From Vulcanimicrobiota bacterium (GTDB lineage Bacteria; Vulcanimicrobiota; Vulcanimicrobiia; Vulcanimicrobiales; Vulcanimicrobiaceae): a stretch of 64,000 nucleotides of DNA. Every line of letters begins with the position of its first letter. Position 1 is the first letter of the stretch. A model generated the notes under the pieces. It was not told the origin of the DNA, made no database searches, and saw nothing but the letters and a program-made list of their open reading frames with translations. Location of the stretch: positions 1 through 64,000 of the forward strand of contig CAWAXX010000003.1 in NCBI GenBank assembly GCA_963786105.1, read 5' to 3'. Positions 1 to 10,062 of this stretch are shown here, in pieces. Made by a program: the position numbers and the translations under genes.

Positions 1-6
1 TCGCAG

Positions 7-112
7 CCTAGGAGCCCCGCTTCACACCAGCTCTTCGTCACCTCAGGTCTCATTTACCTCAGTAAACATCAACCTTCGGTTCCTCGATCTGGAGCGAAGC
101 AGAACTCCTAGG
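7..112 (-). repeat. Dispersed palindromic element, copy 1 (67-nt core 27..93 inside a long hairpin)
   Basis: Core 27..93 matches 24439..24505 at 62/67 nt; outer arms cctaggag(7-14)/ctcctagg(105-112) and gcttc(19-23)/gaagc(96-100) pair. Confidence 0.85.
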
Positions 113-130
113 ACGCTCCGCCCTCCGGGT

Positions 131-919
131 TTAGAGCTTTCCGAAATACGGAGTGATATTGAAATAAAAGTCTCGCTCGACCTTCGTCGTCGGGCACGCG
201 ACGTGAAGGCGATCGTAGGCGCGCCCGCGCTCGTGTACCAGGGACTGTTGCTTGAGCGCCCAGCGCGTCTCACCATCGCAGGGATGGTATGCTAAGTAGA
301 CATACTCCCATCGCACGCCGTCGTTCTCGTTTTTTTGCGCGTCCAAAATCGCATCGGAAATCGAATCGCCCGCTGGCTCGACCAGTTCCGGAACGGCCGG
401 CCGCCCCGGCGACACGAGCACGCCCCACTGAAAACTTTGGACCCTGCCACCTTCAAACTCATATACCACCGCAACGTTCGGTACGTTCGCGCGGCCGTGC
501 AACGACGCGGTACCGTCTGATGCCGTATCGAGGCGAAACCCCGGATGCTTTTCCATGGAGGCATCGAGCGCATCACCAAGCCGAACGCCGGACGGATCGG
601 CTGGAACGTTCGTAAGGGGCACGCGCGACCCCGCCCCGGCAGCGGCACGAAAGCCTTCGATATAACCGTTTTCCTCGATGACGAAGAACAACGCGTCGGA
701 GCCGGGCAGCCAGTAGCGCGCGACGCGTCGCCGTCCATCGTCGAATGCGACGATGCGCAGCGGATCGCCCAAGAGCGAGCGCAATTCGGACGCCGGCGCC
801 GCCAACGTCACGTCGTGCCACGTAACGTTCGCCGCGCTCGCGGGCGTCACGTTAGTTGCCGGGCTAGGCGTCGCGAGCGCCGTGACGACTCCGAGCACAA
901 TCGTCCCCACGCCCGTCAC
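131..919 (-). CDS. Hypothetical exported protein
   Basis: GTG at 919 overlaps metH stop (GTGA); hydrophobic N-terminus; no family recognised. Confidence 0.65.
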   Translation of the reverse strand: MTGVGTIVLGVVTALATPSPATNVTPASAANVTWHDVTLAAPASELRSLLGDPLRIVAFDDGRRRVARYWLPGSDALFFVIEENGYIEGFRAAAGAGSRVPLTNVPADPSGVRLGDALDASMEKHPGFRLDTASDGTASLHGRANVPNVAVVYEFEGGRVQSFQWGVLVSPGRPAVPELVEPAGDSISDAILDAQKNENDGVRWEYVYLAYHPCDGETRWALKQQSLVHERGRAYDRLHVACPTTKVERDFYFNITPYFGKL

Positions 920-3900
920 GAGGGTGCGAGCTCGCGAACGGCGGCGGCGTTGAAGTAGGTTGCTTTTGGGTGGTGCACGACGATCGCCGCAGTCGACTGC
1001 TCGGGTACGATTTGGAATGCTTCGGTGAGCGTCACGCCGATGCGCTCGGACGCCCGCAGCAGACTGAAAACGATATCGTGTTGAGCGAGGTCGGGGCAGG
1101 CGCCGTATCCCCACGAGTAGCGCTTACCGCGGTCGTCGGCAATTCCGAGTTCGCGACGGATGCGCGTATGCGTGTATTCGGCCAGCGCTTCGGCAGCTTG
1201 CACCGAAAAACCGTGAAGAAAATACGACTCGCTGTAGTCTCCGGTGCCCTGCAACGCCTCGGTGCGCTGCGCCGCTTGCGCGCCGACGGTGACGACTTGC
1301 AACGCAATAACGTCGCTCGCCTTGCCGCCATCGGGTTCCCGTAGATAGTCGGCGAGGCTCAAGTGTTCTCCGCCGATTTGACGCGGGAATTCGAATCGCG
1401 CAATTTCGCGTGCGCGATCCGCCGGGTCGTAAACGATAACGTCGTTATTCAGTCCGGCCGCCGGAAAGTATCCGTAGGCGACGCGAGGTTTTAAGAATCC
1501 GTTCCGGAGCGCAACCCCCTGATAGCGTTTCAAACGCGGCTCGAAGTCGTCGCGCAGGAGTCGCTCGTACGCATCGCCTTTCGTGTTGGCGGCACCCCAC
1601 GAAAGCCGGAAAAGGCTGCGCAGATCGAAACACGGCCACAACGCTCGCAAATCGATATCCGAAAGGGTTCGCGCGCCCCAAAATGGAGGCGACGGAACGT
1701 CGGCTCGGTCGCCCTTCATCTTGGACGACGACGCCGGTCGGACGGCCGAACTTTGCGCACCTGCTTGACGGTCGCGCTGCGTGAATGCTTCGAGCCTCGT
1801 GCGTTCGATCAACGCATCGCGACGGGAAGCATCGCTGGTGAGCACGTCCATCAACTCGAGCCCTTCGAACGCATCCTTTGCGTAAAACAGCCCCGGTTCG
1901 AAAAATCGAGCGCCGTTGTCGAGCAAGACGATCCGGCGCCCAAAGTCGCGATTGATCGCGGCCCCCCCGACGATGACCGGGAAGGCCAAGCCGCGAGCGT
2001 CTTGCTCCTGAAGGCAAATCGGCATCTGTTTGCTGGTCGAAACCAGGAGCGCGGAGAGGCCGATGGCGTCGGCCTTCACCTCGACCGCCTTCTCGAGGAT
2101 GGTGTTCATCGGCACTTGTTTGCCGAGGTCGTGAACCTTGTATCCGTTGTTGGTGAGGATCGTGTTGACCAGATTTTTTCCAATGTCGTGCACGTCACCG
2201 AAAACGGTGGCAATCACAACGGTTCCTTTGGCCGATCCGTCCTTCTTTTCGAGAAACTGCTCGAGGTGGGCGACGGCCTTCTTCATCACTTCCGCCGATT
2301 GCAGAACGAACGGAAGAATCAGCTCGCCGCGCCCGAACCTGTCACCGACGTCTTTCATGGCGGGCAGCAGGATCTCGTTGAGGACCTCGACGGGAGTACG
2401 CGTTGCGAGCGCCTCGTCGATCTTGGCTTCGATACCGTCCTTACGACGGCGCAAAATCGACTGCGCGATGCGTTCGCCGACCGGAAGGTTCGGATCGTCG
2501 TCGAGCGACGAACCGCCGGTACCGGCCGACTCGACCGTTTCGAAGCGTTCGATCAGGCGGGCGAGGGCGTCGGAACGCCGGTTGAATACGAGATCGTCGC
2601 AAAGCTCGCGCAGCTCGGCGTCGATCTCAAAGTATGGCGTGATGTCCTTGGGATGCACCAATGCCATATCCAGCCCTGCCTCGACGCAGTGGTGCAGAAA
2701 CACTGAGTTGAGCGCCGCGCGAGCGGCCGGTTTGAGACCGAACGAGACGTTGGAAACGCCGAGCGACGTCAGAACTCCCGGCAGCTCGCGCTTGATTGCG
2801 CGAATGCCTTCGATCGTTTCGACGGCGGAGCTGAGGAATTCCGCCTCGCCGGTAGCGAGCGTGAACGTGAGGGCATCAAAGATCAGCGCACCCGGCGGCA
2901 GGCCATATTCGCCCACGGCGATGTCGTATATTCGCCGCGCAACTTCCACCTTTCGGGCGGCCGATTTAGCCATTCCCGCTTCGTCGATCGTCAGGGCGAT
3001 GACGGCCGCACCGTGTTCGAGCGCGAGCGGCACGACCGCGTCCATTTTCGCCCGGCCCGATTCCAAGTGCACCGAATTGACGATCGCACGCCCCGGATAG
3101 TTTTGCAGCGCCGCTTCGAGAACGGCGGGCTCGGTGGAATCGATGGCCAGCGGAGCTTCGATCGACTGCGCCAGTCTACGCGTGATCTCACGCATTTGCC
3201 GGTCTTCGTCGGGCCGCTCGGTCAGCGCGCAGCAGACGTCGAGCACGTGCGCGCCGCCTTCGACCTGCTCGCGCGCCACCAAGACGATCTCGTCGTAATT
3301 CTCTTCGAGTAGCAAGCGTTTGATCTTGCGCGATCCCTGGCTGTTGATGCGCTCGCCGACGATGAGCGGACGGGGTTCCTGCACGAGCGACACGCCCGCC
3401 ATGGCCGAAGCCACCCACTGCGGACGTGCGTCGCTCTTGGCCGAACCTACGCGCTGCACGCGCCGCGCCGCGGCCGTATCGCTCCCCAGAGCCGCAACGG
3501 CTCGTACGATGGCGGCGACGTGTGCAGGCGTCGAGCCGCAACACCCGCCGACGGCATTCACGCCGAACGCACCGACAAAATCCGCAAGTTCGGCCGCGAG
3601 GTCGCCGGGGCTCTCGGGATAGATCGTTTCCCCTTTAGGACCCATGAGCGGAAGGCCGGCATTGGGGATCACGCTCACAAAACATCGCGAGTTTTCGCAC
3701 ATATACCGGACGGAGTCGCGCATCTGCGTCGGACCGGTCGAGCAGTTCAAACCGATGACGTCGATCGGAAGCGCGTCGAGCGTTGCGACGATCGCCCGAA
3801 CGTCGGTGCCGAGCAGCATGCGGCCTTCCTGGATTAGGGTTGGCTGCGCCTGAATCGGAACGCGACGCAGTCCTCGGTCGAACTCGCGTACGATGCCCGC

Positions 3901-4428
3901 AATCGCCGCCTTGAGTTCGAGGAGGTCCTGCATCGTTTCGAGGAGCAAGACGTCCGCGCCGCCTTCGACGAGCGCGCGCGCTTGCTCGCCGTAGACGTCG
4001 CGCAGTTGCTCGTACGTAATATTTGAGAGACCCGGATCGGACGACGAAATCAACATGCCCGTCGGACCCATCGACCCGGCGACGAAGCGCAGGTGCTCCG
4101 GCGTCGACACCGCATCGCACGCTTGACGTGCCAACTCCGCCGCGCGCCGATTGACCTCAACGGTGCGCTCGCCCAAGCCGTACTCGGCCAGCTTGATGCG
4201 CGAGCCCATGAACGAGTCGGTTTCGACGACGTCCGCACCGGCTGCCAAATAGGCCGCATGAATGTCGCGCACGATATCCGGACGGGCGAGGACGAGCGCC
4301 TCGTTACACCCGTGGTAGCGCGAGCCGCCGAAGTCCTCGTCAGATAGGTCGAGCGCCATGAGTTGCGTGCCCATGGCGCCGTCGAAGATCAGAACCCGCT
4401 CCCCGAGCAGGCGAAGGTACTGGGACAC
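916..4428 (-). CDS. metH: Cobalamin-dependent methionine synthase
   Basis: 1170 aa; DGAMGT, GLNCSTGP, GGCCG, IVGERIN, B12-binding GDVHDIGKNLV, C-terminal activation domain GKRYSWGYGACP. Confidence 0.97.
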   Translation of the reverse strand: MSQYLRLLGERVLIFDGAMGTQLMALDLSDEDFGGSRYHGCNEALVLARPDIVRDIHAAYLAAGADVVETDSFMGSRIKLAEYGLGERTVEVNRRAAELARQACDAVSTPEHLRFVAGSMGPTGMLISSSDPGLSNITYEQLRDVYGEQARALVEGGADVLLLETMQDLLELKAAIAGIVREFDRGLRRVPIQAQPTLIQEGRMLLGTDVRAIVATLDALPIDVIGLNCSTGPTQMRDSVRYMCENSRCFVSVIPNAGLPLMGPKGETIYPESPGDLAAELADFVGAFGVNAVGGCCGSTPAHVAAIVRAVAALGSDTAAARRVQRVGSAKSDARPQWVASAMAGVSLVQEPRPLIVGERINSQGSRKIKRLLLEENYDEIVLVAREQVEGGAHVLDVCCALTERPDEDRQMREITRRLAQSIEAPLAIDSTEPAVLEAALQNYPGRAIVNSVHLESGRAKMDAVVPLALEHGAAVIALTIDEAGMAKSAARKVEVARRIYDIAVGEYGLPPGALIFDALTFTLATGEAEFLSSAVETIEGIRAIKRELPGVLTSLGVSNVSFGLKPAARAALNSVFLHHCVEAGLDMALVHPKDITPYFEIDAELRELCDDLVFNRRSDALARLIERFETVESAGTGGSSLDDDPNLPVGERIAQSILRRRKDGIEAKIDEALATRTPVEVLNEILLPAMKDVGDRFGRGELILPFVLQSAEVMKKAVAHLEQFLEKKDGSAKGTVVIATVFGDVHDIGKNLVNTILTNNGYKVHDLGKQVPMNTILEKAVEVKADAIGLSALLVSTSKQMPICLQEQDARGLAFPVIVGGAAINRDFGRRIVLLDNGARFFEPGLFYAKDAFEGLELMDVLTSDASRRDALIERTRLEAFTQRDRQAGAQSSAVRPASSSKMKGDRADVPSPPFWGARTLSDIDLRALWPCFDLRSLFRLSWGAANTKGDAYERLLRDDFEPRLKRYQGVALRNGFLKPRVAYGYFPAAGLNNDVIVYDPADRAREIARFEFPRQIGGEHLSLADYLREPDGGKASDVIALQVVTVGAQAAQRTEALQGTGDYSESYFLHGFSVQAAEALAEYTHTRIRRELGIADDRGKRYSWGYGACPDLAQHDIVFSLLRASERIGVTLTEAFQIVPEQSTAAIVVHHPKATYFNAAAVRELAPS

Positions 4429-4431
4429 GTC

Positions 4432-5436
4432 CTAACTCGCTTTTTCGACGGCGATATCGGCCGCGCGAATCTCACCGACCGCACGTCCGGCCCGATTATA
4501 CACGACCGGCCTGGCAAAGCGAGCCAGTTCCATCGTCTTTTCTTCGTCGAGCACGCCTAGCCGCCACAATGCCGCGATCGTCGAAGGGCCACGCGCGCGA
4601 CCCCCGCCATCGCGCACTTTGGCCACGTAGCCCAAGCCGCGAGAGATCGCGGCGACTCCGTGAATCCCCTCGGCCCCACCCTTGCAAGCAATCGCGCCAG
4701 CCGCCACTTGCATCAAGACGGTATCGAGCTGCCCGGTGCCGGCAACGTATTCCGGGTACGAGATCATCGCATCGCGGACCACGCGAAGCGCCGAGGCGTC
4801 GCGCGTGTCGACGCCCTCTAGCGTTGCGAAACGTGCGAACGACAGGGCGGCACGCCGCAGGCTGGTCGCGTACACTGGGATGCCGCAGCCGTCCACGCCT
4901 ACGGGCCACGCATCGGCGTCGTCGTCGGAAAGCCGCGCGCAAAACTCGAGGATGCGACGTTGCGCGGGATTCGTTAGCTCGAGGTAGGTCGCCGGATCGG
5001 CGTCGATGATTTTGCAGAGTGCGAGAATTCCCGCGTGTTTGCCGGAGCAGTTGTTATAGAGCGCGCTCGGTTCGAGCCCCGCGCGGACGATCTCGGCGGC
5101 CGATTTCTGGTCGTAGGGCAGGTGCGAACCGCACTTCAGAGCCGACTCGTCCAGACCGATCTTTTGCAGAATCGAAGCGACCGCGGCAACGTGAAACGGC
5201 TGGCCGAAGTGCGACGCCGCCATCACGGCGATTTCACGCGAGTCGAGCGCGAAGCGCTCCCGGACCCCCGCTTCGACCGCGGCGGCGGCGATGAACGGCT
5301 TCGCGGCGGAGCGCAAATAGACGGGGCTCTCGACGTCGCCGTCCTCGAGCACGACGTTGCCGCGTGCATCCACCGCGCACGCGGTCACGTGATGGACGGA
5401 CTCGACGATATCGCCGCGAGTGACTTCTACGATCAA
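4432..5436 (-). CDS. L-asparaginase II (Rhizobium AnsA-type) family protein
   Basis: RSAAKP, NNCSGKHAG, DGCGIP, KGGAEG motifs. Confidence 0.9.
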   Translation of the reverse strand: MIVEVTRGDIVESVHHVTACAVDARGNVVLEDGDVESPVYLRSAAKPFIAAAAVEAGVRERFALDSREIAVMAASHFGQPFHVAAVASILQKIGLDESALKCGSHLPYDQKSAAEIVRAGLEPSALYNNCSGKHAGILALCKIIDADPATYLELTNPAQRRILEFCARLSDDDADAWPVGVDGCGIPVYATSLRRAALSFARFATLEGVDTRDASALRVVRDAMISYPEYVAGTGQLDTVLMQVAAGAIACKGGAEGIHGVAAISRGLGYVAKVRDGGGRARGPSTIAALWRLGVLDEEKTMELARFARPVVYNRAGRAVGEIRAADIAVEKAS

Positions 5437-5451
5437 CGATGCATCTTATGG

Positions 5452-6417
5452 TTACACGACGAGCGCCGGCTCGACGACGATCGCTTCCTGCTCGGCGAAC
5501 ACCGGATTGCTCAAGTAGCGTTCGCCGGTGTCGCACCCGATCGTCACGATCGTTTTGCCCTTCGATTCGGGACGTGCGGCGACTTGCAGCGCCGCCCACA
5601 CGTTTGCGCCGGTCGATATACCGACGAGCATCCCCTCCTCGCGCGCGAGCCGGCGCGCGACGGCGATGGCATCGGCATCGGTAACCCGGATGACTTCGTT
5701 ATAAACTCCAGTGTTGAGGATCTTTGGAACGAAGCCTGCCCCGGTACCTTGAATCTTGTGCGGCCCGGGTTTGCCGCCGGACAGGACCGCGGAAGCATCC
5801 GGCTCGACCGCGATCATCGCTACGCCCGGTTTGCGCGACTTGAGAACCTCGCCCACGCCGGTAATCGTGCCGCCGGTACCTATTGCGGCGACGACCACGT
5901 CGACCGCGCCGTCGGTATCGCGCCAAATTTCCTCCGCCGTCGTCCGCCGGTGCGCCTCCGGATTGGCCGGATTTTCGAACTGCTGCGGCATGAAGTACTT
6001 GTTCGCCGCGGTCGACGCGATGTCGTTGGCGCGCTTGAGCGCTCCCGTCATACCTTCGGCGCCGGGCGTGAGCACGACTTGAGCGCCGTAGGCCTTGAGA
6101 AGATTGCGACGTTCGACGGTCATCGTGTCGGGCATCACGAGGATCAGCGGATAACCTTTGGCGGAGGCGACGAATGCCAGCGCGATCCCGGTATTACCGC
6201 TGGTAGGCTCGATAATCGTCATGCCCGGAAGCAAACGCCCATCGCGTTCGGCCGCTTCGATCATCGAAACGCCGATGCGATCTTTCACCGAGCCGGCCGG
6301 ATTGAACGATTCCAGTTTTACGAGCACGCTGGCCGGGATACCGGCATTCAACCGCGGGATCTTGACCAGCGGCGTGTTGCCGACGGTGTCGGCGAGACTT
6401 TCGTAAATGCGAGCCAT
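5452..6417 (-). CDS. cysK: Cysteine synthase A
   Basis: [14 protein letters not shown] (PLP Lys), [31 protein letters not shown]. Confidence 0.95.
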   Translation of the reverse strand: MARIYESLADTVGNTPLVKIPRLNAGIPASVLVKLESFNPAGSVKDRIGVSMIEAAERDGRLLPGMTIIEPTSGNTGIALAFVASAKGYPLILVMPDTMTVERRNLLKAYGAQVVLTPGAEGMTGALKRANDIASTAANKYFMPQQFENPANPEAHRRTTAEEIWRDTDGAVDVVVAAIGTGGTITGVGEVLKSRKPGVAMIAVEPDASAVLSGGKPGPHKIQGTGAGFVPKILNTGVYNEVIRVTDADAIAVARRLAREEGMLVGISTGANVWAALQVAARPESKGKTIVTIGCDTGERYLSNPVFAEQEAIVVEPALVV

Positions 6418-6536
6418 AGTAGTGACCTTAACCTTCACGCGAGCCGGAGCGTTTCAGCGAACGTTCGTTCGCGGGAGAATGGTAGGCGGCTTCGCGGGCG
6501 CGGGACCCAAACGCCGGCGCGCAGCAACTAGGCGGT

Positions 6537-8285
6537 ATGCGCACCTTTCAAGCTTTCCGTCGCGCTTTTGGCGCCGGCGCCGTCGCGATCGCTCTGACGC
6601 TGCCGGTCGCCACGCCCGCCTGGGCTGCGAACCGTCCGACCCTCGACGATGCGGTTGCCGCCATCGAAGCAGCCGCGCCGGCGGCCATGGCGTACGAGGG
6701 GACACCCGGACTGTCGATCGCGATTACCGACCGGACCAAGACGATCCGGATCTTAACGTTCGGCTATGCAAACGTCGAAGCGAAAATCCCGGTCACGCCG
6801 GCGTCGCGGTTTGCGATCGGATCGATTACCAAGTCGATGACGGCACTCGCAACGATGCAGCTCGTCGAAGAAGGTAAGCTCGCGCTGGATGCGCCCGTAA
6901 GCCGGTATTTGCCCTGGTTTACGATCGACTCCGGGGGAGATCCAATTCGAGTGCATCAGTTGTTGTCGCATACGGCGGGCATTCCCGACGACTTTTCGCC
7001 TGAAAATTCCTACGGTTACGACGTCGTCGCGTTGCGCGCGACCAAGGTGCTCTTCAAACCCGGAACGTCATGGTCGTATTCCAACGACGGGTTTGCGACC
7101 GCCGGTGCCATTCTCGCACGCATCGACGGCCGCCCCTGGAGCGAATCGATGCAGGACCGGGTTCTCGATCCGCTGGGCATGCAGAACAGCTCGCCGGTAT
7201 TCACGCCGGATGCCATGTCCACTGCGGCGCTCGGCTATCAGTGGCGCAACAACGATCGTCCCGGATCGCTGCATCCGGCACTGGTCGCATCGCCGCCGCT
7301 GGACTTCGTCGATCCGGCCGGTTCGGTTTTGTCGACGCCGGAGGACATGGCGCGTTACATGCGCTTCTATCTCGGCGGCGGTAAAACAGCCGATGGGAAG
7401 GAACTGCTCGCGCCCGCCGGATTTGCCGCGATGACGGCCGCAGACGTGCTTAAAAACGGAAAACCCGCCGGTTCGGCCACCCCGATTCTGGCCGAGGCTC
7501 CCGAATACTACCGGCAATACGGTTTCGGTTTATCGGTTTTCGATACGAACGGCGACCACTTGATCGGGCACACCGGCGGTATCTCCGGATACACCGCGTG
7601 CATGCAAATGAACCTCACGCGAGGATTCGGCGTAATCGCTATGGCGAATCTCGTGGAGGCTCCCTTGCACCCGTGCGCGATCATGCTGTACGCCATGAGC
7701 GTTTTGCGCGCGCAAAGCGCCGGCGAGCCGCTACCGGCGCCTCCTCCGGCGCCCGACGTCGCACATATTCCCAATGCGAACGATTACGCCGGCAAGTACA
7801 CGGGCCCGGACGGCGTGGCCCTTACGGTTACCGCCCAGGACGGCCATCTGAATCTGACGGACGGATCCTCAACCGTTACGCTCTATCCGCGCGATACCGA
7901 TCAGTTCTGGGCCGACGACCCACGCTTTGCCACGTACCTCATCGCTTTCGGGCGCAACTCCAAAAAGCAGGTCGTGGAGATGACGTACGGCGCGCGATGG
8001 TACCCAAACGAACGCTACGACGGCCCGCGCGCCTTCACGCACCCAAAATCCTGGGATGCGCTTGTGGGACGCTATGAAAACGTCTTTATCGAGCAACCGT
8101 TGATCACGCGCGTGCTGATCGTCAAAGACCGGCTCACCCTTGACGGGGTCGCGCCGCTCCAGCCTCGCAAGGACGGGACGTTCGCGATCGGCTCCGCAAT
8201 CGTCCGATTCGACGCGTTGGCCGGCTCGCAACCCCAACGCATGTGGATCGACGACGCCCGATTGTATCGGATGGAGTTGCCCTAG
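6537..8285 (+). CDS. Exported serine hydrolase, beta-lactamase/AmpC-like family
   Basis: Signal peptide with RRAF; IGSITK (SxxK), YSN, HTGG. Confidence 0.85.
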   Translation: MRTFQAFRRAFGAGAVAIALTLPVATPAWAANRPTLDDAVAAIEAAAPAAMAYEGTPGLSIAITDRTKTIRILTFGYANVEAKIPVTPASRFAIGSITKSMTALATMQLVEEGKLALDAPVSRYLPWFTIDSGGDPIRVHQLLSHTAGIPDDFSPENSYGYDVVALRATKVLFKPGTSWSYSNDGFATAGAILARIDGRPWSESMQDRVLDPLGMQNSSPVFTPDAMSTAALGYQWRNNDRPGSLHPALVASPPLDFVDPAGSVLSTPEDMARYMRFYLGGGKTADGKELLAPAGFAAMTAADVLKNGKPAGSATPILAEAPEYYRQYGFGLSVFDTNGDHLIGHTGGISGYTACMQMNLTRGFGVIAMANLVEAPLHPCAIMLYAMSVLRAQSAGEPLPAPPPAPDVAHIPNANDYAGKYTGPDGVALTVTAQDGHLNLTDGSSTVTLYPRDTDQFWADDPRFATYLIAFGRNSKKQVVEMTYGARWYPNERYDGPRAFTHPKSWDALVGRYENVFIEQPLITRVLIVKDRLTLDGVAPLQPRKDGTFAIGSAIVRFDALAGSQPQRMWIDDARLYRMELP

Positions 8286-8303
8286 GGCACCGCGCGCGAC
8301 GGA

Positions 8304-9995
8304 ATGGAACGCTTTGCTCGAACGGCGGAAGCGATCGCCGCGCGATCGGGGAAGCTCGAGAAGATCGCCCTGCTCGCCGAGTATTTCGGTATGCTCGACG
8401 ACGTCGACGTCGTAGCGGTGGCGCGATTCTTCAGCGGCAGTCCGTTTGCCGCCCGCGACCATCGCACGCTCTCGCTGGGCGGGCAGGCAATTGTGAACGT
8501 TGCACGGCGGGTATGGGACTTCGACGACGCCGCTTTGAGTGAATCCTATCGCGAAACCGGCGACTTGGGAGCCGCGCTCGCCAAGCTGGTACGTCCTCCG
8601 CGAGACGCCATGTTATTTGCCGACCGGCTGACGCCGGCAGCTCTCGACGGGTTTTTCGCCGAAATCGCCGGCGTCGCAGGCAAAAGCGCAAGTAAGCGGC
8701 GCGAGGCAATTTTCGAACGCATTCTACGAGCGTGCGACGGTCCGTCGGCCGTCGCTTACGTCGTAAAGATCGTAACCGGCGACTTGCGCGTCGGCTTGCG
8801 CGAGGGGTTAGTACTCGACGCGGTCGCGCGCGCGTTCGGCGCCGAACCGGCGGCGATTCGGCGCGCGACGATGGCAGCCGGCGACGTCGGCACGGTCGCA
8901 CTGGCCGCCAAACACCGAACGCTCGACGCGTTGCGCGTCGCCTACGGTACGCCCATCGGTTTCATGCTTGCGTCACCGATCGCCTACGCGCAATCGTACG
9001 AGGAACTCGTCGGCGCCGAATGGTTCGTCGAAGACAAATACGACGGCATACGTGCGCAAGCGCACGTCCGTGCCGGCCGAGCGCAGCTCTTCTCGCGCCG
9101 GCTCAACGACGTCGGAGCCTCCTATCCTGAAATCGTCGTCGCGCTACAGCGCGCACTCCGTGCCGGCGCGATCCTCGACGGCGAGATTCTGGCAATGCGC
9201 GACGGCCAAGTGCTACCGTTCCGCTACCTTCAGGGGCGACTGCAGCGTAAGACCGTCGACGAGGAATTGCTGCGCGACGTTCCGTTGGCGTACGTCGTGT
9301 TCGATCTCCTCGCCGTCGACGACGATTTGCTCATCGACGAACCCTTGGTCCGTCGCCGCGAGCGGCTCGCGGACCTAGTGGCGCCAAGCGATTGCATTCT
9401 GCTCGCACCGTTCGAACGCGTCGACGAGGCGGTGGGTACCGGCGTCAACGAACGGTTTGGCCGTGCACGCGGGCGCGGCAACGAGGGGCTCGTCCTAAAG
9501 CGAAGCGATTCGCCGTATGCCCCAGGTCGCCGCGGGAAATGGTGGTTGAAACTCAAGCGCGAGCTGGCAACGCTCGACGTCGTGGTCGTCGCGGTGGAAT
9601 GGGGCCACGGCAAGCGCGCCGGCGTGCTTTCGGATTACACGTTCGCCGTGCGCGACGGCGAGCGGCTGCTAACGATCGGAAAGGCGTACTCGGGGCTGAC
9701 CGACGCCGAGATAGCAACGCTGACGCCGTGGTTCCTGGAACATCGGTTACCCATCGAAAGCCGGCGCGCGAAGGCTCGCGCGCACGAGATTCCCGTCGAA
9801 CCGGCGATCGTGCTCGAGGTCGCCTTTGACATAGTCGCACGCAGCGACTTGCACGAAAGCGGCTTCGCTCTACGCTTCCCGCGCATCGTACGCATTCGCA
9901 ACGATAAACCACCCGAAGAGATCGACACGCTCGACCGCGTCAGGGAAATCCACGAAGCGATGCTAGGACGCGAGGGCTTAGCGCGGTTACAGTAA
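8304..9995 (+). CDS. ATP-dependent DNA ligase
   Basis: EDKYDGIRAQ, LDGE, FDLL, EGLVLK, WLKLK, LRFPR; N-terminal DNA-binding domain. Confidence 0.95.
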   Translation: MERFARTAEAIAARSGKLEKIALLAEYFGMLDDVDVVAVARFFSGSPFAARDHRTLSLGGQAIVNVARRVWDFDDAALSESYRETGDLGAALAKLVRPPRDAMLFADRLTPAALDGFFAEIAGVAGKSASKRREAIFERILRACDGPSAVAYVVKIVTGDLRVGLREGLVLDAVARAFGAEPAAIRRATMAAGDVGTVALAAKHRTLDALRVAYGTPIGFMLASPIAYAQSYEELVGAEWFVEDKYDGIRAQAHVRAGRAQLFSRRLNDVGASYPEIVVALQRALRAGAILDGEILAMRDGQVLPFRYLQGRLQRKTVDEELLRDVPLAYVVFDLLAVDDDLLIDEPLVRRRERLADLVAPSDCILLAPFERVDEAVGTGVNERFGRARGRGNEGLVLKRSDSPYAPGRRGKWWLKLKRELATLDVVVVAVEWGHGKRAGVLSDYTFAVRDGERLLTIGKAYSGLTDAEIATLTPWFLEHRLPIESRRAKARAHEIPVEPAIVLEVAFDIVARSDLHESGFALRFPRIVRIRNDKPPEEIDTLDRVREIHEAMLGREGLARLQ

Positions 9996-10062
9996 GCCGG
10001 TCGAAGGGCCCGCAAACAGTGCTTCGACTGCTCGCTCGGCTCGGCATGACACCGCTGCGCGG

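Noticed and set aside
27..93. Repeat as hammerhead ribozyme or SRP RNA
   Set aside because: Lacks the CUGANGA/GAAA core and the SRP domain IV motif
5035..6531. Long antisense ORFs (also 1753..2706, 12066..13148, 30525..31487, 40924..42060)
   Set aside because: Shadow frames of well-supported genes, expected at high GC
6418..6536. SAM or cobalamin riboswitch before cysK-metH
   Set aside because: Short region, no recognisable aptamer motifs
8304..9995. NHEJ (LigD/Ku) system
   Set aside because: No polymerase or phosphoesterase domain and no adjacent Ku
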